From contig JBAZTA010000005.1 of NCBI GenBank assembly GCA_041662125.1, forward strand, positions 52,978 through 116,977: a DNA stretch of 64,000 nucleotides, written 5' to 3'. Origin of the DNA: Candidatus Omnitrophota bacterium. Its GTDB lineage: Bacteria > Omnitrophota > Gorgyraeia > Gygaellales > Profunditerraquicolaceae. The position numbers and the translations under genes were made by a program. Below the pieces are notes generated by a model. The model was not told where the DNA came from, did no database searches, and worked only from the letters and a program-made list of their open reading frames with translations. Below are positions 55,541 through 64,000 of this stretch, one piece after another (the first letter of the stretch is position 1; each line of letters opens with the position of its first letter).

Positions 55541-57226
55541 ATGAAGGTCCTTGGTGTATCTTGTTTTTACCACGATTCAGCGGCATGCTTGATATCAGAC
55601 GGAAAGATCGTCGCGGCCGCTCAGGAAGAACGCTTCAACCGGCGTAAAAACTCGCCTGATTTTCCTATCAACGCGATCAATTATTGCCTTCAGCAGGACA
55701 GCGCGTCCGTTTATGATATTGATTACATCGGATTTTATGAAAAGCCTTTCTTGAAATTTTCCCGCGTTATTGTAAGCCATCTGCAATCCTTTCCTTTTTC
55801 TTTGCGCAATTTTATCGATACTGTCCCTCATTGGCTGGCTGACCGCCTTATTATGCCCCTTGTTTTCAAACGTGAATTAGGGTTTGAGGGGAAGGTTTTG
55901 TTTATTCCTCATCATATGTCTCATGCGGCAAGCGCTTTTTTTTCCTCTGGATTTAATGAGGCTGCTATCTTGACTGTAGATGGCGTGGGAGAATGGGCGT
56001 CGGTAACCTGCGGGGTGGGCAAAGGCAATCAAATCACGATCAATAAAGAATTGCGTTTTCCTCATTCCCTGGGACTTTTATATACGGCAGTGACGACGTT
56101 CCTTGGTTTTCAAGCGTTGGAAGGAGAAGGGACCGTTATGGGATTAGCGGCCTTGGGAAAACCGGCGTATGTGGATAAATTTAAATCCATCATTTCTCTT
56201 AAACAAGACGGTAGTTTTCATCTGGATATGCGTTATTTCGGGTTCTTTAACGAAGGCCGCATGATGTACACTCAAAGGTTTGTGCGGGCATTCGGCAGTC
56301 CCCGCTTGCCGGGTGGAAAGTTAGAAGAGCGGCATTGTGATATTGCCTGTAGCCTGCAGGCGGTTACTGAAGAGGCGCTTGTCAATCTAGCCTGCGGCCT
56401 TTACCATGATACCGGAGTTGACAGCTTATGCCTGGCAGGAGGGGTATGTTTGAATTGTGTGGCAAACCAGAAGATCAAAGAAAAGACGCCTTTTAAAAGG
56501 ATTTTTATTCAACCTGCTGCTGGCGATAGCGGCGGGGCGTTAGGCGCGGCTGCCTATATTTATTTTAACCTTCTTAACAACCAGCCGGACAACCTGATGG
56601 TAGACGCTTACCTTGGGCCTGAATTCAGCGCCGCGCAGATAAAAAGGGTTTTAGTCAATAATGCAGTTGATTTTAAGGAATTTGAGGAAGCTTCGTTATG
56701 TAAATATATCGCGGCAAAGATTTATGAGAGTAAGATCATCGGCTGGTTCCAGGGCCGGATGGAGTTTGGCCCCCGGGCGTTGGGTAACCGTTCCATCCTG
56801 GCTAATCCTTGTAATCCTGACATGAAAGAATTGCTGAATAAGAAAGTCAAGGATCGAGAGCCATTCCGGCCGTACGCGCCGCTGGTGCTGGAAGAAAAAG
56901 CCGCGGATTATTTCCAAATGAGCGGACCGTCTTCGTTTATGTTATTGGCGCCACAGGTGAGAAAAGATAAGGTTGCGGTTATCCCGGCGGTTACGCATTA
57001 CGATGGTTCCGCCCGGGTCCAGACAGTGAATAAAAATGGTAACCCGAAATTGTGGCAGTTGGTTAAAGAATTTGAAAATCTGACCGGGGTGCCGGTTATC
57101 ATCAATACATCGTTTAATCTGCGGGGGCAACCGATTGTCTGCAGTCCTGAAGATGCGCTCGGAAGTTTTCAAAGTAGCGCGATGGATATCTTGGTCTTAG
57201 GAAATTTCGTCATAGAAAAGTCATGA
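55541..57226 (+). CDS. Carbamoyltransferase, NodU/CmcH/TobZ family (second copy)
   Basis: MKVLGVSCFYHDSAACLISDGKIVAAAQEERFNRRKN. Near-canonical family N-terminus. 561 aa. Confidence 0.85.
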   Translation: MKVLGVSCFYHDSAACLISDGKIVAAAQEERFNRRKNSPDFPINAINYCLQQDSASVYDIDYIGFYEKPFLKFSRVIVSHLQSFPFSLRNFIDTVPHWLADRLIMPLVFKRELGFEGKVLFIPHHMSHAASAFFSSGFNEAAILTVDGVGEWASVTCGVGKGNQITINKELRFPHSLGLLYTAVTTFLGFQALEGEGTVMGLAALGKPAYVDKFKSIISLKQDGSFHLDMRYFGFFNEGRMMYTQRFVRAFGSPRLPGGKLEERHCDIACSLQAVTEEALVNLACGLYHDTGVDSLCLAGGVCLNCVANQKIKEKTPFKRIFIQPAAGDSGGALGAAAYIYFNLLNNQPDNLMVDAYLGPEFSAAQIKRVLVNNAVDFKEFEEASLCKYIAAKIYESKIIGWFQGRMEFGPRALGNRSILANPCNPDMKELLNKKVKDREPFRPYAPLVLEEKAADYFQMSGPSSFMLLAPQVRKDKVAVIPAVTHYDGSARVQTVNKNGNPKLWQLVKEFENLTGVPVIINTSFNLRGQPIVCSPEDALGSFQSSAMDILVLGNFVIEKS

Positions 57227-58902
57227 AAGCATTCAGACAGCGCTTGATCGTCATCTTGATTGGCATAGCGGTAACTCTTTTTGTGTTAGAGGCCGGATTG
57301 CGCATACTCGGATCGTTCTACGCAAAGCGCGCTTCTCGAAAATCAAAAGCTGATAGTTGCCAATATACGGTTTTATGCGTGGGGGATTCTTTTGTCTTCG
57401 GATTTGGGGTGCCTTTTGAGCAGTCTTTTCCTGTTCAACTGCAGGTTTTATTGGATAATAAAAATCCGGAGAGGAGAATTAAGGTTGTCAACCGGGGGGT
57501 CGGCGCGCAGACAACGACACTGCTTTTGCAAGGTTTGCCGTACGAGATCAGTACGATTGATCCCGACCTGGTCATTGTATTAAGCGGGGGCGCGAATCAA
57601 TGGAATTCCACGGGTTATTATACTTACCTTAAAGGAAACACAGTTAAGGCAATGCTTCAGGATTCTTTCAGTAGAAGCGCAATAGTTAAGTTGGTTAAGC
57701 TTTTATCTTTTAATATAAGAAATAAAATGAAGGAAATTACATGTCAAAGGGATAATTTTGATATGCAATTCGCTGGTGGTGCGTTTGGAAAAGAAAGGGA
57801 GCCGATGCGTGATACCTTGTATAATCTTAATCTTGGAATGCGCTATATTGATGAAAGGGATTATGCCAGGGCCAGGGATTTGTTCCAAAGGATGATCGCA
57901 AGGGATCCTCAGGATACGGCGGGATATTTTGGCATGGGGACTGTTCTTACCATCCAGCAGTTTTATACGCAAGCAACAGGATTTTTCCAGCAAGCAATCG
58001 AGTTGGATCCTGCTGATGCCAGGAGTTATGGAGGGCTGGCTTTGTGTTACAAAGAAAATCGGGATTATCAAAACGCCTTGGCATGGTTTAAGAAAGCTCT
58101 CAGATTATCTCCTGAGGACAGCCGGATCTATTGGAATGTAGGCAGTATTTATCTGGAGCAGCGTGAATTTGCCGAAGCGGAAAAATGGTTTTCTGAGGCG
58201 ATTACCCGTAATCCGCGTGATAGCCGCGCTTATTATTATATGGGGAAATTTTATAAAGATCAGGGGAAATATGTTGAGGCATTGCAATGGTTTGATAAAG
58301 GTTTGAGAGTGGATCCTCAGGATTGGTCGAACTATTACGGGTTTGCCTGCGTTTATTCTGAGAGGAATGAGTTCGGGCAGGCAGTACCCTGGATAAAACA
58401 AGGGATCAAAGCCGCTCCTGCTTCTTTAGAGAACCTTAATTATAGGTTAATCGTCTATGTCTTCCGGCAGGTTATGCCATATGACGAAGTGGTTACATTT
58501 ATCCGCGGAATCATGCAAAATGCGGGGGTGCCGCGCGATGTGTGGGAGTTCTATAATGCAAGAGATATCGGTCAAAAAGAGGGTGCATGGCTTGAACATG
58601 ATTTAGATAGTATTGCTCGAATATGTAAAGAGAAAAATATTCCGGTCATGTTTCAGAATTATCCCTTTGGTTTTGATTTCGCCTCTTTAGTCCTTCAAAA
58701 GGTCGCCGAAAAGAATTCGATTCCTTTTGTGGATAACCGCCGGGTTTTTGATGCGTTGTGGGAAAAGGGCGAAAAACGGGGGGATTATTCTGTCCCTGAC
58801 GGCCATTGTAATGGAAAAGGCTATGGGGTTATCGCGAATAATATTTATGAGAAGTTAATAGAGCTTGGATGGTTTGATCCCGGCAAAAAAATAGGGAACT
58901 AA
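57223..58902 (+). CDS. SGNH/GDSL-type hydrolase with inserted TPR-repeat domain (paralog of 2265-3851)
   Basis: Block I VLCVGDSFVFGFG, block II NRGVGAQTT, block III LSGGANQWNS, block V C-terminal VPDGHCNG (DxxH). TPR repeats between. Start overlaps the carbamoyltransferase stop (ATGA). Confidence 0.7.
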   Translation: MKAFRQRLIVILIGIAVTLFVLEAGLRILGSFYAKRASRKSKADSCQYTVLCVGDSFVFGFGVPFEQSFPVQLQVLLDNKNPERRIKVVNRGVGAQTTTLLLQGLPYEISTIDPDLVIVLSGGANQWNSTGYYTYLKGNTVKAMLQDSFSRSAIVKLVKLLSFNIRNKMKEITCQRDNFDMQFAGGAFGKEREPMRDTLYNLNLGMRYIDERDYARARDLFQRMIARDPQDTAGYFGMGTVLTIQQFYTQATGFFQQAIELDPADARSYGGLALCYKENRDYQNALAWFKKALRLSPEDSRIYWNVGSIYLEQREFAEAEKWFSEAITRNPRDSRAYYYMGKFYKDQGKYVEALQWFDKGLRVDPQDWSNYYGFACVYSERNEFGQAVPWIKQGIKAAPASLENLNYRLIVYVFRQVMPYDEVVTFIRGIMQNAGVPRDVWEFYNARDIGQKEGAWLEHDLDSIARICKEKNIPVMFQNYPFGFDFASLVLQKVAEKNSIPFVDNRRVFDALWEKGEKRGDYSVPDGHCNGKGYGVIANNIYEKLIELGWFDPGKKIGN

Positions 58903-58906
58903 ACGT

Positions 58907-59872
58907 ATGTCCGCAGTTCTGGTAAGTATTATCATTGTCACCGCAGGCAAAGAAGGCCATATTCACAAGTGCCTTTCTTCGATCGTAAAACAATCCTTTC
59001 GTAATACAGAGACAATAGTTATCGATAATTCTCTCAATAGTGCTTTAGGCTATTTTATTGCAAGAGAGTTTCCCTTCTCTCGAGTATTGAAAAGTGAAAA
59101 AAACCTGTTTTATTGCGCGGCTTTAAACAAGGGGATAGCCGAAAGCAGGGGAGAGTTCGTTCTCTGTCTCAATGATGATGTGGTTTTAGATGAGCGTTTT
59201 GTTGAGGAAGCGCTGCGGGGTTTTAGCGTGGGCCCTGGTATCGGGATGGTCAGCGGTAAGATCTTGCGTCCAGATAAGAAAACGATAGATAGCGCGGGGT
59301 TGTTTTTGAGCCTCTGGAGGACACCGCTTGAGCGCGGGTATGGGAGAATCGATAGGGGCCAGTTTGAGCGCCAGGGTTATGTTTTTGGGGTCAACGGCGC
59401 AGTAGCGTTTTATAGGAAAGAGATGCTCAATTCCCTGCTTATAAAAGGATTGCCCGGAGGGCAGGAATATTTTGACACAGACCTTGGATTTTTCTATGAA
59501 GACCTGGATATTGCCTGGAGGGCGCAAAAGAGCGGATGGAAGGGGTATTATATACCTGCTGCGATCGCCTATCATGTGCGGGGCGCTACTGCTCGCCAGA
59601 GCAAAGGCATTAATAAAAGGTTTGCCCGGTTTTATCTTAACGATGAATTAAACTTTAATTTAATAAGGAACAGGTATCTGGTGATCATTAAGAATGATAA
59701 GCTCCTTACTTTTTTAGCTTGCCTGTTCTTTATGATTCTTTTTGATCTTGTGACGTTTGCGTATTTAATCATCTTCCGGCCAACTGTATTAAAATTCTTC
59801 TTCAATTCTGCCATACCTTTTCGATCAGCCCTGCGTAAAAGAAAACTCATCAAGCAACTTAAACGCATATAA
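58907..59872 (+). CDS. Family 2 glycosyltransferase
   Basis: VSIIIVTAGKEGHIHKCLSSIVKQSFRNTETIVIDNS, NDD motif, DLDIAWRAQKSGWKGYYIP region typical of the rhamnosyltransferase-like GT2 subgroup. Confidence 0.75.
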   Translation: MSAVLVSIIIVTAGKEGHIHKCLSSIVKQSFRNTETIVIDNSLNSALGYFIAREFPFSRVLKSEKNLFYCAALNKGIAESRGEFVLCLNDDVVLDERFVEEALRGFSVGPGIGMVSGKILRPDKKTIDSAGLFLSLWRTPLERGYGRIDRGQFERQGYVFGVNGAVAFYRKEMLNSLLIKGLPGGQEYFDTDLGFFYEDLDIAWRAQKSGWKGYYIPAAIAYHVRGATARQSKGINKRFARFYLNDELNFNLIRNRYLVIIKNDKLLTFLACLFFMILFDLVTFAYLIIFRPTVLKFFFNSAIPFRSALRKRKLIKQLKRI

Positions 59873-59874
59873 GC

Positions 59875-59960
59875 CAAGACCCGGTCTTATCTATAAGTGA
59901 GTGTAAACAAGACCGGGACTTGAAATGCAGTGTTTTATCATTGATAAGTCCCGGTCTTGA
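59875..59960. repeat. Second cluster of the CAAGACCGGGTCTTG-like palindromic repeat (3 copies; copies 2 and 3 are mutual reverse complements)
   Basis: CAAGACCCGGTCTTAT (59875-59890), CAAGACCGGGACTTGA (59908-59923), TAAGTCCCGGTCTTGA (59945-59960). Immediately after the last GT2 stop. Confidence 0.6.
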
Positions 59961-60076
59961 ATTGTAAGGTTTTATATTAGAGTTGTAAGTATCTCATTAT
60001 AAAGTAGTTATGAGCTAGGGTTTATGACTAAAAAAAATATGCATTTTCCCGGAATAAATGCTATACTTTACCCATC

Positions 60077-60670
60077 ATGAAAGATTTGAACTTTGTGCAA
60101 AAGTGTATTGATGGAGACAAGCAGGCTTGGGATGAGTTTATCAGTAAATATTCCCGTCTTATTTACAATTATATATATTCCGTTTTGCGTAGTAAGGGGA
60201 CTGATCATCTCAGTGGTGATATGGTAAATGATCTGTTCCAGGAAATTATTCTTTCCCTGGTTGAAGACAATTTTAAAAAGCTCAGGAGTTTTAAATCCCG
60301 TAACGGCTGCAGTTTTGCCACCTGGCTGCGGCAGATCGTTGTTAACAGAACGATTGATCACATCCGCGGCCGCAAGGACCATATTTCAATAAGCGATGAG
60401 CAGGCTCTTGATGAGGAGTTTTTGTCTGATGATTCGCTTTCAGTTTCCCGCGGGGTTTTTGATAAAGAAAAGTTTGTTTTGTTAAAAGATTGCATTGCCC
60501 GATTAGATACGGATGAGCGTTTTTTCCTGGAAATGTATATCAATCAAGGCTTGAGTTTGGATACTTTAAAAGAATTACTTCAGGTTTCCCGGGGAGCGAT
60601 CGATATGCGTAAAACCAGGATCATTGATAGTTTGAGAGAGTGTTTTAAGCTTAAAGGGTTTCTCGTGTAG
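60077..60670 (+). CDS. RNA polymerase sigma factor, ECF (sigma-70 group 4) family
   Basis: Region 2 (DLFQEIILSLVEDNFKKLRSFKSRNGCSFATWLRQIVVNRTIDHIR) and region 4 HTH (GLSLDTLKELLQVSRGAIDMRKTRIIDSLRE). Confidence 0.85.
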   Translation: MKDLNFVQKCIDGDKQAWDEFISKYSRLIYNYIYSVLRSKGTDHLSGDMVNDLFQEIILSLVEDNFKKLRSFKSRNGCSFATWLRQIVVNRTIDHIRGRKDHISISDEQALDEEFLSDDSLSVSRGVFDKEKFVLLKDCIARLDTDERFFLEMYINQGLSLDTLKELLQVSRGAIDMRKTRIIDSLRECFKLKGFLV

Positions 60671-60697
60671 TATAGATGAGAAAAGATAAAGGGGGCT

Positions 60698-61408
60698 ATG
60701 CAGGAAAAATCACGCCGGTTCATTAAATCAGTTTATAGTCTATGGAAAAAGCATCACTATGATCCAGGGCAAGCGCATCCTGACGCCGTGACATTTGCCT
60801 GTTTCTTTGAAGGCAGTCTTTCCAAACAAGAGAGCCATGAGTTCAAGCAACACATTGTTTTGTGCGTTACCTGCGCTGAAAAAGTGGCTGCGCATGTTTC
60901 TTTGGGTGAGTTTGAGCATGCCTTTGTCCCGCCGGAACTTCTGCTATCCCTGCGAAGCCGTTTGAGTGAGCGTATCAGCCGATATATTCTGGAAATTTGG
61001 CTTATACTTAAAAGCAAGACGCTGAAGCTGCTTGATACAACGGGTAAGGTGTTGTCAGGTGATGAATTTATCCCGGCCGCTGTTTTGCGCAGCAGTAAAA
61101 CTGTTGAGTTTCAGGATGAACTGATCGTTTGTAATGAGTTTAATGATCTTCGTGTAGAGATCAGGATCGAAAATAAGTATCCGCGCAATCCCCGGGTAAG
61201 CGTATTAGTGAAAGATATGTCGAGCAAAAATATTTTGCAAAAAGAAACCCGGGTTGCGCTTGTTCGGGAAGGGGTAGAAGTAGAATCGTATGCAGTTGTT
61301 TCAGGCAAAGCATGTTTTGAAGATGTAGTGGCAGGAAACTATACCTTAGTTATATTTATTGATAACGAGGCTATCGCTTCGATCCTCTTGAATATGCAAG
61401 TAGCTTAG
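60698..61408 (+). CDS. Putative zinc-binding anti-sigma factor (ZAS-like)
   Basis: HIVLCVTCAEKV (H-x3-C-x2-C) directly downstream of the ECF sigma gene. Confidence 0.55.
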   Translation: MQEKSRRFIKSVYSLWKKHHYDPGQAHPDAVTFACFFEGSLSKQESHEFKQHIVLCVTCAEKVAAHVSLGEFEHAFVPPELLLSLRSRLSERISRYILEIWLILKSKTLKLLDTTGKVLSGDEFIPAAVLRSSKTVEFQDELIVCNEFNDLRVEIRIENKYPRNPRVSVLVKDMSSKNILQKETRVALVREGVEVESYAVVSGKACFEDVVAGNYTLVIFIDNEAIASILLNMQVA

Positions 61409-61418
61409 ACCTAAAACT

Positions 61419-63623
61419 ATGGGTGAGCAACAAAATACTTTAGTCCTGGAGATCTTGTACCATCAGGCGCAACTTAAGATGTGCGTCACTGCACTGGGAG
61501 AACTTACCTCAAGTATCAGGCATTATAGCATCCAGCCAATTTCCTTTTCTTCCATAACTGCTGTATCAGAAGACATGCAACAGATACTGAATAAAGCAAA
61601 TAAGAAAGGTGTTTTTGATTCTGATCTGATCCAAAGGCTTAAGAAGGACGGGCAGATCTTATGGGATGGGCTTTTAAGCCATCCGGTCAAAGCTTGCCTG
61701 CGGGCATCTGTGTCGTCAAGCCTGATTTTAAGCCTGGATGAAGAATTGGTCAATATCCCCTGGGAGCTCTTGTTTGATGGAGATGATTTTCTAAGCCTTA
61801 AGTTCAGTATGGGAAGAATGCTCAGGAGTAAGGAAAAAATTCCGCTGGCGCAATCCCGTCTTGTTTCAAATAAAATTAAAATGCTGATATTGGCTGATCC
61901 TACCGATGACCTCAAACATGCCTATACTGAAGGGCAGGATATTTTGCGTCAGTTAAGCAAAAAGAATGCGAATATCGCGCTTGATTTTAAATCAGCCATG
62001 GTTGATAGGATATATGTCCAAAAGAGCCTTAGGGATTATGATATCGTTCATTTTGCCGGGCATGGTGAATCTGATATCAGAGATCCTGATAAAACAGGTT
62101 GGGTGTTGCATGATGGGATATTTTCGGTAAGCGATATTATGAGCATGGCGGGATCATCAGCGTTTCCATCGCTGGTATTCTCGAATGCCTGTTATTGCGC
62201 CTGTAGGTATCCCGGGGATCTACAGGGTGATCATCAAAAACAGGAATATGACCTGGCATCGGCATTTTTATTATCCGGGGTCAGGCATTATGTCGGAAGC
62301 TTGCGTCAAGTTGAAGATCAGGTCAGTTTGGTTTTCGCGCGGGCATTTTATGCTTATCTCCTGCAGGAAAAGCCGATCGGGGAATGCCTGCGTTTAGGGC
62401 GGTTAAAGTTAATTGAGGTGTATGGCTCCGATTCGGTATTTTGGGCGGGTTATTTTTTGTATGGAGACCCGAATTTTTGTTTTTTCCCTAAAACATTTCC
62501 CTTGCAGCAAAAAAGCGCGGTGGCAACGCTTAAGCGAATGCCGAAAAAATGGGCGCGGTTAAGTTCTGTGGGAGCGCTCGTTTTCGCATGCGGTATGGTT
62601 TTTCAGAGTTATGTGCCGGTTTCAAGCCCTCAAACATATTTTTTAATGCTTCAATCAGGGAAATTGATGCGCCAGGGAAAAAATGGTGCTGCAGCCCTGT
62701 TTTACAAGCAGATCCAGAAAAAAGACCCTTTGTTTCTGGCGGTCTATATTCCGATGGCGCAAGCGTATCAAAAGCAGGGGCGCCGTGATGAAGCGTTAGC
62801 ATGTTATTTTGAATATGCCTATTATAGCCAGAAAATGCGGGACCATAAGCATTTGTCTGCGGCGTATATCGCCATCGGCTGGCTCTATTATCAAAAAGGG
62901 GAATATCCAAAAGCATTTGATTTCTATCAAAAATCCCTGGCCATTTGCCGCGCTCGTCAGGACACCTTACATGAAGCTACTGCTTTGAGAAAACTGGCTT
63001 TATGGTATATTGATAAGGATGACAATGATAAAGCGCTTGAATTGTTGACAAAAAGTTCTGAGATAAACCGAGAACATCAGGAACAATCCAAGTACCGGTA
63101 CAACCTGGCATGCGATTATTTTAACCTGGGGCTTTTGTTCACGAATAAGGATGACCATGAACTTGCCAGAAGTTTTTATACTAAGAGCCTGGCGTTGTTC
63201 AAGAAACTTGATCTGCGGGAAGAACTCAGTGATTACTATTTTAACCTTGGTGAGATTTATTTATTTGATAAACAATACCAGCAGGCGCTTGATTGTTATC
63301 GGGAGGGTTTAAAGATCGACCAGTACCAGGGGAATCTGCCTAATATCGCCAGCGATTATACGATGATCGGTGAATGGTACCTGGATATGGATAATCTCTT
63401 GAAAGCCGAAGAATTGTTTCATGCGGCGGCTCGTATTTGCAAGAATGCACACTTAGAGCCGGAATTAGCGGCAGTAAACTTTAATTTGGGGCTCGTTTAT
63501 AAAAAACGAAGGCAGAAAGATAAAGCGCGGGAATATTTCATGCAGGCGCGGGAGTTTTACCGTTCTGTTGATACTCCTGATCATGAAAAGGTCGAAGAGG
63601 AAATCTTTGAACTTAATGGTTGA
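61419..63623 (+). CDS. CHAT-domain (caspase-like) protein with TM helix and C-terminal TPR repeats
   Basis: CHAT catalytic dyad context DIVHFAGHGES ... LVFSNACYCA. TM helix ARLSSVGALVFACGMVF. Then >8 TPR-like repeats (YIAIGWLYYQKGEYPKAFDFYQKSLAI...). Confidence 0.7.
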   Translation: MGEQQNTLVLEILYHQAQLKMCVTALGELTSSIRHYSIQPISFSSITAVSEDMQQILNKANKKGVFDSDLIQRLKKDGQILWDGLLSHPVKACLRASVSSSLILSLDEELVNIPWELLFDGDDFLSLKFSMGRMLRSKEKIPLAQSRLVSNKIKMLILADPTDDLKHAYTEGQDILRQLSKKNANIALDFKSAMVDRIYVQKSLRDYDIVHFAGHGESDIRDPDKTGWVLHDGIFSVSDIMSMAGSSAFPSLVFSNACYCACRYPGDLQGDHQKQEYDLASAFLLSGVRHYVGSLRQVEDQVSLVFARAFYAYLLQEKPIGECLRLGRLKLIEVYGSDSVFWAGYFLYGDPNFCFFPKTFPLQQKSAVATLKRMPKKWARLSSVGALVFACGMVFQSYVPVSSPQTYFLMLQSGKLMRQGKNGAAALFYKQIQKKDPLFLAVYIPMAQAYQKQGRRDEALACYFEYAYYSQKMRDHKHLSAAYIAIGWLYYQKGEYPKAFDFYQKSLAICRARQDTLHEATALRKLALWYIDKDDNDKALELLTKSSEINREHQEQSKYRYNLACDYFNLGLLFTNKDDHELARSFYTKSLALFKKLDLREELSDYYFNLGEIYLFDKQYQQALDCYREGLKIDQYQGNLPNIASDYTMIGEWYLDMDNLLKAEELFHAAARICKNAHLEPELAAVNFNLGLVYKKRRQKDKAREYFMQAREFYRSVDTPDHEKVEEEIFELNG

Positions 63624-63653
63624 GCGTTGTTTTGATATCGAGGAGAAAGTACC

Positions 63654-64000
63654 ATGTTTTCCCAGGTAAATAAATGGCTGTACATATCTTTTGGGCTTAT
63701 ATTCTGTTTGACTTTTTTTACCAAGAATAATTATCATGGGGTAAACCGTATAGCCCCGGATGTCTTACATGCGCCTGTTCAGGAAAAGATAAAAGGCAAT
63801 GAACATATTGATTTTGAAATAAAGGGGTATTCGTACGATCTGACCCCGGTGTTTGAATATGAAATAAACGCGCTGGTTGTCAGTAAATTAAATTATAAAC
63901 TCTTTGGTATTTATCGCTCAGACAGTATTTTTCCAGTTGACCTGTGTATGATCTGGGGAGATAACGTCTTGCAGAAGCTATATAAAAATTGGACACTTCG
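63654..64000 (+). CDS. Hypothetical protein, 5' part only (runs past the window end)
   Basis: AGGAGAAAG RBS then ATG at 63654. N-terminal TM/signal-like segment (WLYISFGLIFCLTFF). Open to the window end. Confidence 0.4.
   Translation, partial: MFSQVNKWLYISFGLIFCLTFFTKNNYHGVNRIAPDVLHAPVQEKIKGNEHIDFEIKGYSYDLTPVFEYEINALVVSKLNYKLFGIYRSDSIFPVDLCMIWGDNVLQKLYKNWTL

Overview
Annotation summary for a 64 kb bacterial window of moderate-to-low GC with mostly '+'-strand, tightly packed genes. No rRNA, tRNA or CRISPR was seen. The window is dominated by a very large glycoconjugate assembly and tailoring locus, approx. 505-25127 and 30390-59872. A small housekeeping island (cspA, a GroES-like gene, the membrane pyrophosphatase hppA) and an unassigned minus-strand gene split the locus in two.

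The locus carries a complete polysaccharide chassis: a WecA/MraY-type initiating phosphotransferase, a Wzm/Wzt ABC exporter, a GT4 and six GT2 glycosyltransferases, a GT-C (ArnT/PMT-like) transferase with a DPM1-like polyprenyl-phosphate sugar synthase, a Wzy_C/WaaL-like ligase, an SDR epimerase, a Glf-like flavoenzyme and a WbuX-like PP-loop amidotransferase.

Superimposed on this chassis is an unusual tailoring repertoire:
- Ten radical-SAM domains in 64 kb: four B12-binding class B enzymes and six SPASM/twitch-type enzymes. One of the latter is fused to a GT2 glycosyltransferase.
- Two NodU/CmcH carbamoyltransferases, each associated with a paralogous split-SGNH-hydrolase/TPR protein.
- Two CapK/PaaK-like adenylating enzymes, an ATP-grasp ligase and a Glu/Leu/Phe/Val-type amino-acid dehydrogenase.
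- An embedded cysD-cysN sulfate-activation pair.
- An NPP/alkaline-phosphatase-family gene interrupted by a single in-frame TAA.

No RiPP-like precursor peptide was found next to the SPASM enzymes, so the working hypothesis is radical-SAM tailoring of a methylated, carbamoylated and possibly sulfated and amino-acylated glycan or glycolipid. This is inference from domain motifs only.

Other notable items:
- A 15-nt palindromic repeat family (CAAGACCGGGTCTTG-like) in triplets at two places, between the two halves of the locus (26793-26879) and at its 3' boundary (59875-59960).
- A terminator-like hairpin inside the cspA leader.
- A Wzt ATPase with a ~650-aa C-terminal extension.
- An ECF sigma / zinc anti-sigma / CHAT-TPR protein module at the 3' end.

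All assignments rest on motifs read directly from the supplied translations. No database search was run.
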